Under the pieces are notes generated by a model that searched no databases, was not told the DNA's origin, and saw only the letters and a list, made by a program, of their open reading frames with translations. DNA of 28,492 bases from Andalucia godoyi And28 (Eukaryota > Protista > Jakobida). Numbering within the stretch: position 1 is the first letter of the stretch; every line of letters begins with the position of its first letter. The DNA is taken from assembly GCA_009859145.1 (NCBI GenBank), contig VRVR01000019.1, forward strand, positions 1 through 28,492. The letters run 5' to 3'. Made by a program: the position numbers and the translations under genes. Of the stretch, positions 9,501 through 18,789 are shown one piece after another.

Positions 9501-10468
9501 GCCGCACGATGAACCGTACGAAGAACATTCGCAATCGCATAGTGGCCCAGAAAGTGCTTGTCTCCGGTACCAGGCATGTCAATCAGGCACATTCCATGAG
9601 GAACGAGTGCTCTGTCAAATCTCCCGCGCACCGTAATCTTTTGCAGGAACAACGCTTCGATAGGCACGTTTCTGGAATACTCGCTGTTCTCACCGCGCAC
9701 AAGCTCTGCAAGGACAGCAGTTACGGATTCAATGGCCAGCCCATCGCGGTACTTGTAAGCTCGTTGATGCTGGAAGACGTCGACTTGCCGCTGCAACTGC
9801 GGAAAAGTAGGTACTTCGCAGTCGTCGTCGCACAGCGATCCAAATACGACATCCTGCCAGGAATTGCCCAGAAGACGGCGCAGCAGACCCCGAAGATAAT
9901 CGGCATCGACATGGAAGTTCAGGATCGGCTTTCCATCTGCGTCCTGAAAGTCGGATTCTCCCCAGCTCTTCCAAGCCGACGTTTCAGAATATGCAGAACC
10001 ACGAATCTGTTTCTTAACATACTCGTTCAGCTCCTTGGTGAGAACGACACGAGCGGCCAAAAGCAAATCCTTCATGACTTGATCGACCGAGAAGAAATCG
10101 AGTTCGAGAAAGTACTTTTCCGAAACTTTCCCCTGCGAATCAAGGATTTCCTGCCGAAACAGTGCGACGGGTACGTGCGTGGTTGCCGACCGGTCGTCTG
10201 AGATTGGCAAGAGTTTCGGTTCACCAAACAGCGCGTTGAGCAGGAAGCTCTTTCCCGCATTCGTGATGCCGAAAAACGCAACACCGGCACTCTGTCCATT
10301 GAGAAGATTGTCGAGGGGGATGAGGACATCGCGGCGAAGTGAATTCGTGACGACTTCATCGTGACGCGTACAAGCCAAAATCTGCGGGAGCAGTTTGGAC
10401 AGGGACAGCAGCCGCGAAAAGGTATCTGACGCAGCCGAAGCCGGGCTCAGCATCGCTGGATCCGACAT
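6578..10468 (-). CDS. Dynamin-like GTPase fused to a C-terminal trypsin-like serine protease (1296 aa)
   Basis: N-terminal GITNAGKSFLLNALFG (G1), ATT (G2), LIDMPGTGD (G3) with the long G2-G3 insert typical of dynamin_N domains, then a helical region. C-terminal SVGGFV...YAVTAGHVL (His), HDFAFI (Asp), PGDSGAVW (Ser). Uninterrupted ATG-to-TAA ORF. Confidence 0.85.
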   Translation of the reverse strand: MSDPAMLSPASAASDTFSRLLSLSKLLPQILACTRHDEVVTNSLRRDVLIPLDNLLNGQSAGVAFFGITNAGKSFLLNALFGEPKLLPISDDRSATTHVPVALFRQEILDSQGKVSEKYFLELDFFSVDQVMKDLLLAARVVLTKELNEYVKKQIRGSAYSETSAWKSWGESDFQDADGKPILNFHVDADYLRGLLRRLLGNSWQDVVFGSLCDDDCEVPTFPQLQRQVDVFQHQRAYKYRDGLAIESVTAVLAELVRGENSEYSRNVPIEALFLQKITVRGRFDRALVPHGMCLIDMPGTGDKHFLGHYAIANVLRTVHRAAFVMKYSQSSDDVHISSLVEFLRRPDRSDLLANLVVVKVLERSEVPDNDIDPVEQNFRAEFCRRLGVQLDESLFCTVNALFHLVDKELVSEGGAITKSVLARVRRLLEENDDHIRGVAGMVPLMSALNSSFNPRLREILEYCERAVTKLQSLMRVFKKLDSKKDVKFRASLMELQNSARARLCAKLENLFVSHCEHIFSTILKYDPSSETSIQKTWTAIFAMPGFMEMLFRGTSDQLSSLVENVVLNYKEFSREGFTSLQTWLSSQFRERVVFSPNFDDEITSDAYLGMSLHVAQVIDDVIVTARQSVQQRFKSDPQADRPETRLIRVQRFMDALFRPPSIPFSRILQDQIEDPFTDPSFRVLFSLESVVPDLNNLAEVLSKLLDFKEPLVEWEASLKRAMQRIKPGCLVLDSDWEKCHRFGRSILAFRGPSHKKVYSSYVLLRHLLKLDLGFEQYRSYFLPAEELRRIPSISATDEDYILRERMLGLEKENSGVVPSDRLLVAHDGSSLTVRPSSLITNVSYLEDFLIEHGHYFKVGNADILVRSFDFNKDGTLCLQCLTPFIAKESGVALLNSMCVSFKELYGIELMSYSKTGRFGINIPVVSAKFVPQAVHSADNSREIGGSIVNHFPHCVRIDANSGADIASVGGFVSLGEEQNDIYAVTAGHVLLPLDRILGLSSAVSRVFSVMRNVNSSTPTREAKAESSKVLIAQCCISLSDAFHFCLTDQKVHLYGVEHTVEVQASSVKSHKLIHDFAFIPIPMEYHDFIQPFVFQIRDVESQETVSEPYWPSETAAELLQRGLRYLQEDRGCKVVCCKKGITTGTTLAVLQVISADDIDHPPGLELYPFVSPPCKACRKREDKTKGYIPAPGDSGAVWVIDRVLDANFRKNTEYTDLLRGVIVGLHSLGMEDKFVQSAQDVLAYAYPVWTMIGEVLRMQKLFGGLTQPRELWPKGNTDPNLLSPRSATEAADDPF

Positions 10469-10947
10469 GTTCGCAGATGGAGGAAAGAGGTAGCGGTACG
10501 AATTCGATGGCCAATGAAATCAAAGTGAAAGTGGTGGTTGGAAAGGTGACGGATAGTCAAAGATCTATCAACCTTGTGAAGAAGTTCTGGCCCGAGATTG
10601 CTCGGTGAAAATTGAGAGAGCATGACGGGAGGTTGTGGAAAGCGCATCATCAATTCGCGGAATTCAGACTTTTGAGTGAGCAGCCTGTGCAAGCAGACGC
10701 GGCAATCTGCAAACCAGATGAGGAAATCCTTGTCTTTGCAAACAAAAAATGCAATGAGCAGTCATCTTGCTGGAAAAGACTTTTGGTCGTGACTTGTGAC
10801 TCACAAAAAGCCCAGTGTGGAATCGGGGACACGCTGCTTTTGTCTGTCCTTTACTTCTCTCTCTTTTCAAGATCCACATTCCACGGATCTGACTTTTCTC
10901 ATTTGGCTTTGTAAGTTGACGTAGTGCATGTCTTGTGAAGCTTTGAA

Positions 10948-13161
10948 ATGTCTGCAGCGTCGTCTACTGCCTCACAAGTGGAGAGAGTGTTAACCGAGTT
11001 GCAGTCAGGAAGATTCCCTAATCTTCTTGTCTTTGCTAGCCGCTGCCGGAGTGTGTCCTCGCGGGAAATCCGCAAACTGCAGAATTCATGGAAGGGTACT
11101 CGAATTGACATGCCAGTATGGGTTATTCCGTTGTGTTGTGTTTACCAAGATACTGGAACAAGACCCTTGTGTCTGCGTTTCAATCATTAGAAGGGCTTCG
11201 GATGCGGAGACGTCGAATGTACGTATGAACACATGTGCATGGTTTGCGGCAGCCTCGACCACGGTATGCATAGCAAGCGCACTGATGGAACAATGCTACT
11301 GCAATGCGGAGAACATGCATTACTGAAACAACAGTTCGAATTGATGGAAAACAACGGTTTTCGTTTGGAACATATACTGGAAGCAATCAGATCTGAAAGA
11401 TTCGTTGCAATCTTTCGAGCCCCAACTTCTTCGCAGATGTCCCCTGCTCGACAAGTTAGTGCTTCTCCGACGATACGTCCGCCTTTATGCGCTACTGGTT
11501 CAACTGGATCAATTTCTTCACCATTGTCTATGACCAACTCTACGAACAATGTTGCCGCTTCAGAAATGAATTCATCCTCCAACATTATGCCACCGCCAAG
11601 AGATGGGGACATGAATGCCAAGCGCAGCGATGAGGACGTCGATGATCACGATGCACAGCCTTTTGTGTACTCCATGTCCCGTGGAGAGAATGACGTCTTT
11701 GAATTGCAGTTGAATATTACGTTCACTCGTGCAAATTGCATTGCCCACACAAATCTGTCGAAAGTTTGGCGTTGCAGTCTCACGTCACCATTGTTTTCTT
11801 CTCCGCGTCCCATGGCGATTAAAATGTGGGAACAATCTTTCACAGCAAAACGAGAACAAGTTGCGAAGGATCTTCAAAAATTGCAGCGAGAGATTATGTC
11901 AATTCGCAAGCTTTGTGAAGAAACTCCACATGTGGTACGGATTGAGAGCTCTCCCACAAAGCTGCGAATCGGACCGAACACATATTTTTGCCTTTTGATG
12001 GAACTTTGCAAGCAGCCTCTCAGTCAATATGTAGTCGATACCCACTCTCGGTCAACGATGGATCAGTTTGGCGGACTTGCAAACAGCTCACCCGATGTTC
12101 CTCGTCCCGACAATTCACCCTCCTTGCCTTCTCCATCGGTTCGTCTGCTCGATGACGCTCATGTTCGTTCGATCACCTCACAAATCCTGGCTGCAGTCGA
12201 TGCTTGTCACCGGGCACACATCTCTCACAGAGACATCAAACCTGACAATATTTTGGTGTCTTTTCAGCGAGCGGATGATGATCGGCCTCTCCTTAAACTG
12301 TGTGATTTTGGCTTTTCCAAGATCATTGACTGCCCCGGGACTCGTGGTGAAATGCAAACAGTTATTGGAACAGATTTGTACCGTGCTCCCGAGATTGATT
12401 TGAAGGGAAAATACGAAGTATCTGCGGATATGTGGTCCGTTGGGTGCGTTTTGTATTTTGTGTTGATGGGCGGCACTCATTTATTCGACCGACACCAAGA
12501 CGTTCTCGACGTTGCGAATACAAGTTCGCTGAGTGGAGATGGCCATTCACGTGGCGATGAAAAAGTCGTTGGTCTGCTGACCCGCCACATTGACATTCGC
12601 TTACAGGCTTCAGTGATGTTTGACTTGTTACGCCGCCTTCTGCGAATTGAGCCAACGTTGCGCATTCGCAGCTTCGAGGCTTGTAAACATCCTGCGACGT
12701 GGAGTTGGAAGCGCATGGTCAGTAACATTCGAGTGTTGGTTGATTGTTACAATGATAACGTACCGAGTGCGCTGCGCATTGTAGAACATGTTGAAAAACG
12801 GACTCCATCCGTGCTACATCATTGTGCTGGAGACTGGTTGAGCGAGTTTGATGACACTACAAAGTCAATTTTGACGTCGGTTTGGAAGAAGAATCCGAGG
12901 TTCCAACCTTCCACTCGAACAACAGTTTCCATATTGCTTCGACAAATCCGAAACATGGTTGTGCACATGTCGGAGTCGATGAACCAGTTGCCAGGGTTTT
13001 CTCCGGAAACGATTGCTCATGATCTCGGTCAACGTCTACTGCCCAGGTTCCCGCTGCTTATGCCGGCTATTTTCGATTCTCTTATGGACCCTGCTAACGA
13101 GCGCTTTGTTTCTCTCACTCCAGTTCCCGATGGATGGGAACTATCCTTGAAAAGTGAGTAG
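10948..13161 (+). CDS. Soluble Zn-finger - Ser/Thr kinase - KEN ribonuclease (IRE1/RNase L-like); core ORF 11233-13161, in-frame upstream part 10948-11190
   Basis: Kinase motifs MAIK, alphaC LQRE, HRDIKPDN, DFG, APE, DMWSVG. KEN-like tail HPATWSW...DW...LLRQIRNMVVH...RFPLL (compare IRE1 LLRAMRNKKHH). N-terminal CCCH + CxxCGSxxH. No obvious TM segment. One in-frame TAG at 11188-11190. Confidence 0.85.
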
Positions 13162-14135
13162 AAATATCATTGGTGGCTATGCTCCTTTCCACTTCGTTTG
13201 TTGTCTCAAAAATACCCTCGGTTGACCCCTTGTTTTCGTTTTTTATTTGCATTACCCGGTAAAACCAGGTTGGAAAACAATCGGATCCTTTTTTTTTGTT
13301 TGTTTTTTCCTATTTTTTCCTTTGAACCGTTGCAGTGGACAACACATATGCAAATACACTACTACATTCATTCCGCAAGTGGCACTTCCGGAGAGACATG
13401 ATCATTGAGACGACTCGGGAGACACGCGCGCCAGCACGAGAGATTTCCTGTCCTATATCTTCACGTTCATGATTCGTCAGCATGAGCATTTCGTCGAGTC
13501 TCGCACTCATTCAAAGCCGCTGCTGATCAAGAGATTCTCTCGGAGGACTAAAATGCAACCGTGGTGCGAACTGACAGGAACGTTAGCCATTCACTGCCCA
13601 CTCCTCAGTGGTTTCACTTCTGGAGAAACTTGCTGCTTGGCATTTTGGTAAATGATTGCCCAACGCGCCATCGGTTGTAACATCCATTTAAATGCAGAGA
13701 GGAAGAGCGAAAACGAACAAAACAATGACAAGGAATTCGATTTTGCTTCGACTGCCTGCAGAGGAGGTTTCCTCCAGCACAAGCAAGCATCTTGCACGCC
13801 TTCCTTGTCTAAGCAGGGACTGCATTAACGGTATAAGCAATTCTTCGTTTCCGGAGTTCCGTGATCTCTCCGTTTGTCTGCTGGGTCGCAAACCCCTTCC
13901 GCTGTCCCTGCGGGCTACCAGCTGCTTGAAACAAAGCCTGTCTCCATGTCCTGCCCCAGATACAGGGAGGCCGTTGCAATTCGTCGTCGATCGTGCATCA
14001 ATCGCAGCTTCCAACGGGGAACGATTGTTCTCTCCTCATTTCTCCAGTTTGCAAGCCATGCTGGCAACTCATTAAAATTTCTTCTTTGATGCTCATCACC
14101 TTCGATCTGCACCGTTAACTATTCAGAAGGTGGTC

Positions 14136-15131
14136 ATGATGAATGGATGTTTGGCTGAGATCACACTTGGATCATCCAGTCCCGGATCTCCAGTACCATC
14201 CGATCTCTACAGAATCCCGGCTGATATCTCGAATCTCCAACGATTGTGGGATGGTGCATTCAAGGAAACACCATGGATATTGAGACTTTTCCTTCGTATC
14301 ACGATGTTTTGGTGGAATAGATCGTCGTTCTGGTGGAGTTTGTCGTCGTTCTATGTTGAAATGTCGAGAAATGTCCACGGATTCATGGACGATGGGGCTG
14401 TGCATTCTTGCAGTTTGTGATTTATTGGGTATCAAGGGCAAGGCAATGACTGTCTGATTGCAGTCGGCATGACAGCGCATTTTGCCATGTACTGGTTTGC
14501 TAGTCTTCCGTGGGTCATGAAAGCTTTGTCTTTCTTCTGGTCTGTTCTAAGTCTGTGCCTTCTAATAATTGATTTCGGGAGGCGTCTTCGCGGGTCCTTG
14601 AAGTGTTTCGAAAAAAACTTCGAATTCCCGCCGGAACTAAAGATCGAATGGCACATTATGTCGAACACGGCAGATCGTTTGTCTAGAACTTGGTCTCCGT
14701 TGACATGTCTGACGTTCCTTGCGGTTTTCGTGATCTTACTCTTCAATTTGATTTCCATCCTCAAGAGCAATGCCGATATCTTCATCAATCTGGGGCTGAG
14801 CTTTCTCATTGCTGGAGGGATGATAGGTGCTCTTTTCGTATTAGCGATGCCGCACGCTATTGCAACGAGAGTGTTCGAGAATGTCGTCAATGCCAATGAC
14901 CTCAAGTTCATCGTTCAAGATGAAAAAAAGTTGACACAAAAAAAGCATGACAAGGCATTGAAGAAGCGTCAGGATCCCCTGCTGGAGGAAATCAGATCGT
15001 TCGCACAAAATCATCCCATCAGTCTGTCACTTGCAGGCTATTCCATGACGTTGAGAAAGGTGGCATCTATCCTTATCGGAACGTTAACACTGCTGATTTC
15101 CATATTGGCACTTCAGGGAGTGAAAGTTTGA
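14136..15131 (+). pseudogene. Degenerate multi-TM protein, paralog of 15587-16990 (GRL/7TMIC-like)
   Basis: Clear similarity to the minus-strand paralog (LPWVM...WS..SLC..IIDFG.RL; EWH....TA..LS.TW.PLTC.TFL; SLAG.S.TL..V..I..G.LTL..S.LALQG). In-frame TGA at 14418-14420 and an apparent internal deletion of the first TM helices. Confidence 0.75.
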
Positions 15132-15586
15132 TTCCTGATACCACTCAATCGCAAACCCAGTTGACATGAACCCCTGCACAAAAAATACTGATTCAAGTAG
15201 CGCAACTTTGAAAAGAAGCAAGATCCGACTTTGAATGCAAAAAAAGGGCATCGCATGTTGTTCTGGTTACGAATCGCTGGTGTTTGCCAATCGCAGTGCC
15301 GTGCAAGGTTACTAGCACAATTCGTTCGTCATTCCGTGCACAGTTCGCCGATGTCTCACCAAGGATCGCTGTGCGTCTGTTGTGTACCACAAATGCAAAT
15401 AAGTCAAAGATCCGTCGACAAAAAGCTGTGTTGCTGATGTGAAAGCCATCCGGCTTTAATACAATGAAGCCTGCTCCAATGAGGAAATGGCCAAAAGGGA
15501 AAGGGCAGTCACACAATTCCAATGCAATCATGCACATTGCTCTCCATTCAATAAAATGAGATGAATTGACCTGATGGCATGAGAGA

Positions 15587-16990
15587 TTATAGCCGTAGTC
15601 CTTGAAGAGCCAAGAAGGATACAAAGAGCGTTAATAAGCCCACAAAAATGGTCCCGACGCGTTTCAAGGTTATAGAATGTCCAGCAAGTGACATGAACAG
15701 AGGATTGTCTTTCAGAAGTCGTTTGACATCTTCAAGAGATTCGTCAACACTGCAGACATTCGATTTGAAGTCTGGCCCTAAATGACTCGGGCTGGAAGAT
15801 TTTGACGGGCATTGCTCGACATCCTTTGAAAGTAATTTGAAATGGGTATTGGATATTGCAGCCTCTCTTGCCCTTTCCGCTGTGGAATGGGGCAAGGCCA
15901 AGAGGAAAAGTGCCAGGATCATGCCAACAGCAATTATGGCACTCAGCCACAAGTCAAGAAGATTGTTCGGTCTGTTTTCCAAAGCAATGATCACATTGAG
16001 CAATAAGAATGCCGAACCTACCAAGAATGTAATGCACGTCAACGGAGCCCAGGTATAAGACAAATCCGACGCAGTTTTCAACAGAACATGCCATTCGGAA
16101 TTCAACTGCGAGAAAGCACTGCGTTCATGGGTGGAAATGGCCGTAGCGTCAAAAGAGCGTAATGCGTCTGTGAGGCGAGTTCCAAAATCGATGATAAACA
16201 TGCACAAAGAGAAAATGGACCAGATGAAACACATTGCTACCATCACCCAGGGCAGACCAACTAGCCAGTACATGAGAAAATAAAGCGTTACACGGGAAGG
16301 GATAACACAGTCCTTGTGATCTCCGTCGTACACAATGGCTCCGACGACCATGCCACCCATGATAATTAAAAAATGCCCAAGGAGAATGATATGTAGGCAT
16401 ATTCTGGTTATCCCCTCCGCACTACAAGCTCGAAGTTTTCTTTTTGAATCAAAAGTGGAATTGCGACTCATCATCGCGGCCATCTCCACGCGCCAGAACA
16501 ACGGGCTGCCGGTCAAACGAGCACCATACTTTTTGATCAGAGTATCATCATCCGTGAACTCTTTGGGAATCCGACAATAGAGCATCCACACCGGGAAAAA
16601 AACGGAAAATGTGGCTAAACAAACACACACACCACCAAACAACACGCCCAAATTGAACCATAAATATCCGCTCGTTGCTCCTTCCATGTTACAACCATAC
16701 ACCGGAACTATGTAGACCTGCATCAACCACACAACTCCAGTCCAGAATACCAGAAACAAAAACCTGCCAAGAGCCCACCACATCGACGAATCCACTCTGT
16801 TACCAGCGCCCTTCTTGAACGGACGATACCACCACAAGATGGCGATCCTCAAGTAGGAACGGAGCGACCAGGGCAGGTTGGAAAACACATTGTCCCACGT
16901 GTGCTCCAGAATGCCAGATGTGGTCTCTTTGCTGAAAGATCGACTGCTAGAACACGGAATAATCGAGGCCTGTTTTGTCTCGAGAGTCAT
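15587..16990 (-). CDS. Seven-TM membrane protein resembling gustatory-receptor-like / 7TMIC (DUF3537-like) ion channels
   Basis: 467 aa from ATG 16990. Seven hydrophobic segments by eye, a long TM4-TM5 loop ending EWHVLLKTASDLSYTWAPL, a short TM5-TM6 loop, and a terminal split helix MSLAGHSITLKRVGTIFVGLLTLFVSFLALQ. The CDS is well supported; the family call is tentative. Confidence 0.7.
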   Translation of the reverse strand: MTLETKQASIIPCSSSRSFSKETTSGILEHTWDNVFSNLPWSLRSYLRIAILWWYRPFKKGAGNRVDSSMWWALGRFLFLVFWTGVVWLMQVYIVPVYGCNMEGATSGYLWFNLGVLFGGVCVCLATFSVFFPVWMLYCRIPKEFTDDDTLIKKYGARLTGSPLFWRVEMAAMMSRNSTFDSKRKLRACSAEGITRICLHIILLGHFLIIMGGMVVGAIVYDGDHKDCVIPSRVTLYFLMYWLVGLPWVMVAMCFIWSIFSLCMFIIDFGTRLTDALRSFDATAISTHERSAFSQLNSEWHVLLKTASDLSYTWAPLTCITFLVGSAFLLLNVIIALENRPNNLLDLWLSAIIAVGMILALFLLALPHSTAERAREAAISNTHFKLLSKDVEQCPSKSSSPSHLGPDFKSNVCSVDESLEDVKRLLKDNPLFMSLAGHSITLKRVGTIFVGLLTLFVSFLALQGLRL

Positions 16991-17376
16991 TTGCCAAACA
17001 AGTGTTAAAAAGCACAATAACCGTGAGGAAATGAGGAGATTGTTGAGGAAAAGAGCTTGCAAACGTTGGTTGCCGACAGCAGAGACTGCCCCCTGGTATC
17101 GACAGCCTGACTTTTGGTCAATGCAGGGTCGCAGACTGGGATTTCCGGAGGTCTGTGATCCGCTTGTCGTCCGAGCTTCTGGGTCGAAGCAAACGGCCCT
17201 TCGGAAGTTTCGCTCAGTTGACGAATCTGGAACGTCGTGGGTGACAGCTGTGCAAGCAAACTGCGTTCCTCCTCGGAATAGGTGTTACACATTCGCCAGT
17301 CCCGCATTCCGCAAAAAAGGCCTTCAGTTTTCTCACTATTCTTACATGTTGCCCTCCGCGTTCGTTTCCATTTGCA

Positions 17377-18345
17377 CTACGAAACCATCGACGAACTTGT
17401 TCGGTCAAGATGGGGAGAATACCACGACACCAAGCTGGCCCAGGTCTCCGTCTTCGAGACGTGCTCTGGTTTGCGTGTCTTTGCATCGGTTTTTATGCGG
17501 TGTTTTGGTTCTATCCGACGCCATTCGAGTTGTGCGCGGACTGGCTGAGATCGTGGTATGCATTCGTTGTCCATCATGCACTCGACTGCAAGGTTCTTGA
17601 GTGCTTCGAACACCTGTTCAAAGTTGGAGTTGATTTTGAAGTCTGGTGGACAATGTGCCTCGTCACGATGTCGACCAGAGCTTTCAGCGACTATCTGGCA
17701 GTGTTTTGAATTCAACCGAGCTTCCGCAGTCCGAACGTCACTGTCGATTGCATTCGTCATTGCCCTCGCACTCGGATACGCTGTTTCTGTGAACATCGAT
17801 CTTGCAGGGTGGGAATTCTGGCTGAAACTGCTGTCGCTTGCCTTAGAGCTCGTCCAGTTCTTGTTTGTTTATGCTTGGCTCCATATCCCTTGGGAGTATG
17901 TACCAGCAAACAGAGAGCCCGTCGATGGCGTGCCCAGAGGAGTGAGGGACAACAACAACGCGTTTTTGGCCTTGTACAAAGCCATTTGCTGCGCCAGCAA
18001 CGGTGGAAAATGCTCCTGTTGGACACGGGACGCACAACTGAGAGCCGTTTGCTCCGGTATGGGGAGAGTACGATACAAGCGGACATGGCAGCCACGCGGA
18101 GGATGTGTTTATGCCGGAAACAGAGAAGAACGTTCCAGAAGGACACGGAAGGCAGAATCCGGATGCATTTGCTCCCGCAATTGTAGAAAACATTCCAGCC
18201 TAGCACGGAGTACACGTGTTGCTTGCGGTTGCATCGATCGTCGAGGAGTACGATCCAGGGGTGCATATGCTGCAGTCATTGTTGAAGCGGACCCATAAGA
18301 CCCCGCAGGACAAGAAGAGCACGAATTTCCCTGAACGTACTGCCA
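17377..18345 (-). pseudogene. Decayed Cys-rich repeat (GCC2/GCC3, ephrin-receptor-like CxxCPxGxYS) surface protein
   Basis: Tandem repeats CSSCPAGSYG, CSICTPGSYSS, CTPC*AGMFST, CLPCPSGTFFS, WLPCPLVSYS, CVPCPTGAFST. Frameshift near 18280 and in-frame TAG at 18200-18202. Including the 17377-17796 ORF as a tail is uncertain. Confidence 0.7.
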
Positions 18346-18789
18346 GGCAGCACACGATTATTTCATGACCTCTGCTTTGTTTTGTCCATGCAGACCCCGG
18401 TTTTGCAGAGAGTGGGGTGAAAGACGTTGCCATACTGGGCGACGAAAATCGCCCTCGTGACCGTTCGATTCTGTGCGACTTACGAATATTTGTCGATGGA
18501 TACGAAAGAAGAACCACGAGAACTGCGAAGTGAGGAAATGGAAGAGAGCAGCACCACAGCTTGTGCAGTCTAGATTCGTATTTCTTGTCATACTTGGCTC
18601 TGACTGGAGGTCGAGACCTCTCGAGTTGCGGAGCTGTTCTGCCACATTCGCAGGGTTCATCCCCATCCAGCAACATGCAGTCTGTTCAGAAAACCTCTGC
18701 CTTTGTTCAAGACTTTGTTGATCGTCATCAAGAGGAACAAACCAATGAAGGGCTGAGTAAGCAACAATCATGATGACTTGCACAAACTG

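Noticed and set aside
11170-11270. DIRS/Ngaro gag-like zinc finger suggesting a retroelement
   Set aside because: No reverse transcriptase, RNase H, recombinase or terminal repeats nearby; the finger is in frame with the kinase.
13692-14075. 127-aa ORF as an upstream exon of the + 7-TM gene
   Set aside because: Only scattered short matches (LGRK/LGRQ, DT) to the region upstream of the paralog; no motif support.
15193-15624. Small ORFs between the two 7-TM genes
   Set aside because: No motifs or paralogy on either strand; most likely shared 3' UTR/intergenic sequence.
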